Shown here piece by piece: positions 1-64,000 of a stretch of DNA of 64,000 nt. Under the pieces are notes generated by a model. That model was not told where the DNA came from. It made no database searches and saw only the letters and a program-made list of their open reading frames with translations. Source of the DNA: the human T2T-CHM13v2.0 reference genome, Homo sapiens; the NCBI RefSeq assembly GCF_009914755.1, contig NC_060939.1; one strand, given 5' to 3'. The translations under genes were made by a program, and so were the position numbers. Every line of letters starts with the position of its first letter. Positions within the stretch are counted from its first letter, which is position 1.

Positions 1-45
1 ATAGAAATTGCTTAAGAATCTAGAAATTGGTGGCGCAGTGGCTCA

Positions 46-491
<446 letters not shown>

Positions 492-672
492 TCAATCCAT
501 CTCAGGATCTCAGGTATATATTTTGTGTTGGAAATTTGCAATGAAGAACAAATGGTATACCTAATGCACAGTGAGCAACCCATGGTAAAGGACTGGCTGA
601 TAAGTTTTATTGTTTAGTCAACCATAACTCAGCTAAAAACATCTATCTAAGCATAAGAAATGAGAAAAAGCG

Positions 673-1039
<367 letters not shown>

Positions 1040-1269
1040 TCAAATCTCAGCTCTTCCACCTCTTTGAGCCCTAGTTTTCTTAAACTATATTAAGAACTCA
1101 GTGATATAAGCATAATGCCTACATAAACTAGGTTGTCAATGCTTGTTTTTGTTTTTTAATGGTCAAGGAAAGACTTCTAAGGATGTTTCAGTTTCTTGTA
1201 ATAAGTAAAAAAGCTTAAGTTAAAAGTGCAATTTATTAGGAAAATAATGAAATAGCCAATGTAATTCAT

Positions 1270-2285
1270 GAGAAAGGATAACCAGTAGGGTAGTTTTTCT
1301 GACACTATGAGGCTACATGATCATTATTTTTACTTTTCTCTGTGTCTGCTTCATGTTTTACTGCAGAGAAGACTTCCCTGCAGCTACATGCATCACATGG
1401 GAAATAGCTATCCCATACATAGAGCTTTCACTTCCAAACTTCAACACTAGTACTATCTACACGTAACTGGTATTTCTGGGCCCTTGTTTCAAATTCCTAA
1501 GGTAGAAAACTGGTTGGCTTAGTTTGGGTCAGGTATCCATTTTTCTTTTTTTTTTTTTTTTTGAGACAGAGTCTCGCTCTGTTGCCAGGCTGGAGTGCAG
1601 TGGCGCGATCTTGGTTCACTGCAACCTCTGACTCCCCGGTTCAAGTGATTCTCCTGCCTCAGCCTCCCAAGTAGCTAGGATTACAGGCATGCGCCACCAT
1701 GCCCAGCTAATTTTTTTTGTATTTTTAGTAGAGACGGGGTTTCCCATGTTGGCCAGGATGATCTCGATCTCCTGACCTCATGATCTGCCCACCTCGGCCT
1801 CCCAAAGTACTGGGGTTACAGGCGTGAGCTACCACGCCCAGCACCGTTTTTGGTTTTTAAGAGACAGGGTCTTGCTCTGCTCCCCATGCTAGAATACAGT
1901 GACACAATCATAGCTCACTGTAACCTTGAACTCCTGGGCTGTAGCTATCCTCCCACCTTAGCCTCCAGAGTAGCTAGGACTACAGGCATACACCACCATA
2001 CACAGTTAATATTTTAAATTTTTTGTAGAGACAGAGTCTTGCTATGTTGCCTAGGCTGGTCTCAAACTCCTAAGCTCAAACAATCCTCCAACTCAGCCTT
2101 CCAAAGTGCTGAGATTACAGGCATGACCCACCATGCCTGGCCAGGTATTCATTCTTGATCCAGTACCTGGGAGTGGGAATCACACATGATACAAATCACA
2201 CATGATACAAATATACAAGGCCCCACCTATTAGAGGGAGAGAGAGGCTGGGCACAAACCCAAAAGGTATCTACTGCAACATTATT
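1270..2285. mobile_element. Ancient MaLR (MLT1J/K-like) LTR remnant split by Alus
   Basis: Degenerate motifs ggttggcttagtttgggtcaggtatcca...tgatccag...catgatacaaat; weak match only. Confidence 0.35.
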
Positions 2286-2506
2286 TTGCAAAAGCTTGCC
2301 TTCTAGAATGTTCTTTTTATCTTTTATTTATTTTTATTTTTTCTGAGACAGAGTCTAGCTCTGTCACCCAGGCTGAAGTGCAGTGGCTTGATCTTGGCTC
2401 ACTGCAACCTCCGCCTCCTGGGTTCAAGCAATTCTTCTGCCTCACCTCCCGAGTAGCTGCGACCACAGGCGTGTGCCACCACACTTGGCTTATTTTCGTA
2501 TTTTAA

Positions 2507-2722
<216 letters not shown>

Positions 2723-3821
2723 TAGCTAGAATTACAGGCACACACCACCACATCTGGCAACAAGTTTCTTTAATGAAAGAATACCCTCTGAATTTTCCCA
2801 TGGTATGACTTTTAAGATATGGTATGATAAGACATGGAAGATAATCATAATGTTATAAGATTATATTTTGGTCCCACTGCTTTTTTTTTTTTTTGTCACC
2901 CAAAGTGGAATGCAGTGGTATGATCACAGCAAAATGTAACCTTGAACTCCTGGGCTCAGGTGATCCTCCCACCTCAGCCTCCCAAGTAACTGGGACTATA
3001 GGGGCACGCCGCCACATCCAGCTAATTTTTTAAAATTTTGTATAAAAAAAAAACAGGAGTCTCACTATATTGCCCATGGAGGTCTTGAACTCCTGCCCTC
3101 AAGCAGTCCTCCCACCTTGGCCTCACAAAGCATTGGCATTACAGGCGCGAGCCATCACACCTGGCCCACTGCTATCTTTTTGTCAAAGACAGTGCCTGAC
3201 TTTAGCATCTTTTTGGTACAAACACTTTGTCTTTTTTCTTTTTTTTTTTTTTGAGACAGAGTCTTGTTCTGTCACCCAGGCTGGAGTGTAGTGGTGCAAT
3301 CTCAGCTCACTGTGCAACCTCCACCTCTCAGGTTGAAGCAATTCTCTTGCCGCAGCCTCCCAAGTAGCTGGGATTACAGGTGTGCACTAGCATGCCCAGC
3401 TACTTTTTTTTTTTTTTCCTTTGGACAGAATCTCACTATGTCTCCCAGGCTGGAGTGCAGTGGCGTGATCTCACAGTGGCGTGATCTCAGCTCACTGCAG
3501 CCTCTGCCTCCCAGGTTCCAACAATTCTCGTGCCTCAGCCTCCTGAGTAGCTGGGATTACAGGCGTCTACCACTACACCTGGCTAATTTTTGTATTTTTC
3601 GTAGAGATGGGTTTCACCATGTTAGCCAGGCTGGTCTCAAACTCCTGACCTCGAGTGATCCACCGCCTCAGCCTCCTAAAGTGCTGGGATTACAGGCATA
3701 AGCCACTGTGCTCAGCCTACTTTGTCTTTCCTGAAAAACCTTTTAAAATTTATTTGATGGACTTTGTCTCAAAATAAATAAAATAAAATGTATTTGATGA
3801 TCAATATCTAAGTCTACTCAC

Positions 3822-16725
<12,904 letters not shown>

Positions 16726-17121
16726 CTTCCCGCAGCCGGCGCCTTCCTTTCGAATACACGCCAGGCCCCGCCCCAAGCACAGCTCCTGCGTCCTCATTGG
16801 ACATCATGGGCAATCCAAGCACTGGAGTCCGAGTCCGCGCACTCGTTACCTGAACAGGCGTTACAGGCCCTTTGGCGCCTGCGTATTCGTGAAGTGTGAA
16901 AAAAGCGCGCCTCTGTTGGGACGGGAAATCAGCCTTTCTATTGGTCAGGGTTAGAAACCCCGCCTTTGAGGCATTTTCAACCAATGGAAGCGCGGCATTC
17001 TTCATTTAAACTGTCTATAAATTTCTGCCTAGTCAAAGTTAAGAGTGGCGCCAGGGATTTGAACCGCGCTGACGAAGTTTGGTGATCCATCTTCCGAGTA
17101 TCGCCGGGATTTCGAATCGCG
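16726..17121. promoter_or_regulatory. Bidirectional OIP5/NUSAP1 promoter and 5' UTRs
   Basis: 396 bp between divergent ATGs. CCAAT/ATTGG at 16796-16800, 16940-16944 and 16981-16985. E2F TTTGGCGC at 16871-16878. GC box at 16766-16774. CHR-type hexamers TTCGAA 16749-16754, TTTAAA 17005-17010, TTTGAA 17058-17063 and TTCGAA 17111-17116. TATAAAT at 17016-17022. Confidence 0.9.
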
Positions 17122-61461
<44,340 letters not shown>

Positions 61462-61668
61462 GTAAGTACATAATTATCCAGCTTTATAATTATTTTAATT
61501 TCAAAAGCAGCACCTCTGAGGGATAGGGGCTCAGTAATAGTGGTGTTTTAAGAGGAGGTTAGAAGTGGTATTATGGCCGTGTGCGGTGGCTCACGCCTGT
61601 AATCCCAGCACTTTGGGAGGCCGAGGTGGGCGGAACACGAGGTCAGGAGATCGAAACCATCCTGGCTA

Positions 61669-61947
<279 letters not shown>

Positions 61948-62184
61948 TCAGATCGAGACCATCCTGGCTAACGCATTGAAACCCCATCTCTACTAAAAAT
62001 ACAAAAAATTAGCCGGGCGTGGTGGCGGGCGCCTGTAGTCCCAGCTACTCGGGAGACTGAGGCAGGAACCTGGGAGGCAGAGCTTACAGTGAGCCGAGAT
62101 CACGCCACTGCACTCCAGCCTGGGCGACAGAGTGAGACTCCGTCTCAAAAAAAAAAAAAAGTGGTATCGTGTATATAACTTTCT

Positions 62185-62313
62185 GAGTACATCTGCCTAG
62201 GTTCCAGTGTAATGGACTCCAAATCAGCAGATTTGGGGTGAGGCCCAAGCACCTGCATTGTTTCCAAGGCTCTGCAGGTGATTCAGAAGAAGACCCAGAT
62301 TCAGAGCACTGCT
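62185..62313. mobile_element. MER5A-like hAT MITE fragment
   Basis: aaatcagcagatttggggtgaggcccaagcacctgcattg...caggtgattc...agagcactgct. Confidence 0.6.
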
Positions 62314-63091
62314 CTTGCATGACTCATCTGCCTAAACACAGGGCATGTGGGTATCTCTCCAGATACCAATGCCCAGCAGCCCAGGGCACCTACATATCCA
62401 GATAGACATAAATTCCTCACTCCTAAGAAAACCAGGCTTACAAGGCGTCAAGGCCCTATAAAGAGGAAAAACCCAGGACGGTCCTTAGAGGCTTCCTTCA
62501 GCATGAAAACCAAGTTAAAGCCAGAGCTCATCCTGGGTTGCAGCAAGTCATGGTTGGGCCCAGATTCCCTGCTTGGACCCTCGTGACACAGGGTTACCTG
62601 TCAGTTGACTCATGGCTATACACGACTGCCACCAGGGCCTTTGCTCACCGTTATTAAGTTGGCCAGGCAAGGTGGCTCACGCCTGTAATCCCAGTACTCT
62701 GGGAGGCCAAGGCGGGTGGATCACGATGTCAGGAGTTGAAGACATGGAGAAACCCCATCTCTACTAAAAATACAAAATTAGCCGGGCGTGGTGGCACATA
62801 CCTGTAATCCCAGCTACTCGGGAGGCTGAGGCAGCAGAATCACTTGAACCCGGGAGGCGGAGGTTGTGGCGAGCTGAAATTGCACCATTGCACTACAGCC
62901 TGGGCAACAAGAGCAAAACTCCGTCTCAAAAAAGAAAAAAGAAATCAAAGTCAAAGGTCAAGCTCAAAATCACATAGTTTAGTGAAAGGAATAGAACTAG
63001 AACCAGGATCTACTGAGTTAGCCATTATGCTCTACTTTCAGAGGATTAGACAAACCAAAAAAAAAAAAGAAAAAGCCCAAGATTATATTAA

Positions 63092-63966
<875 letters not shown>

Positions 63967-64000
63967 TAACGTGCTGGGATTTCAGGCATGAGCCATCGCG

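Noticed and set aside
2178-2212. 16-bp tandem duplication AATCACACATGATACA x2, plus similar small duplications inside Alus (~3457-3490, ~14378-14407)
   Set aside because: Ordinary slippage events with no sign of function.
16726-16797. 24-aa in-frame N-terminal extension of OIP5 from the ATG at 16797
   Set aside because: That ATG overlaps a CCAAT box and lies upstream of the GC box and CDE/CHR, so it is probably upstream of the main TSS. The known protein starts MAAQP.

Overview
Human (primate) genomic DNA, recognisable as the head-to-head OIP5 / NUSAP1 locus. The locus is on 15q15.1; that location is recalled knowledge, not visible in the sequence. Minus strand: OIP5 (Mis18-beta) coding exons 1-3 (16404-16725, 16079-16145, 3822-3944); later exons lie left of the window. 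Plus strand: NUSAP1 coding exons 1-10 (17122-61461), which splice in frame to 410 codons plus 2 nt; the last exon lies right of the window. The two ATGs are separated by 396 bp in a CpG island carrying CCAAT, E2F, GC-box, YY1 and CHR/CDE-CHR cell-cycle motifs. The rest is intron that is extremely Alu-dense. It also holds a TSD-flanked SVA, an Alu-fragmented Tigger1, a MADE1, MER33/MER58/MER5 MITEs, an ERV1-type solo LTR, MLT1 LTRs and L1/L2/MIR relics. Almost all short ORFs in the supplied track are Alu/SVA read-through. I found no convincing new biological system. The most unusual structures are a PATRR-like AT-rich array bounded by 73-bp inverted arms, several old local duplications and fold-backs, and splice-site oddities in NUSAP1. 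Repeat-family names are from recall of consensus sequences and their boundaries are approximate.
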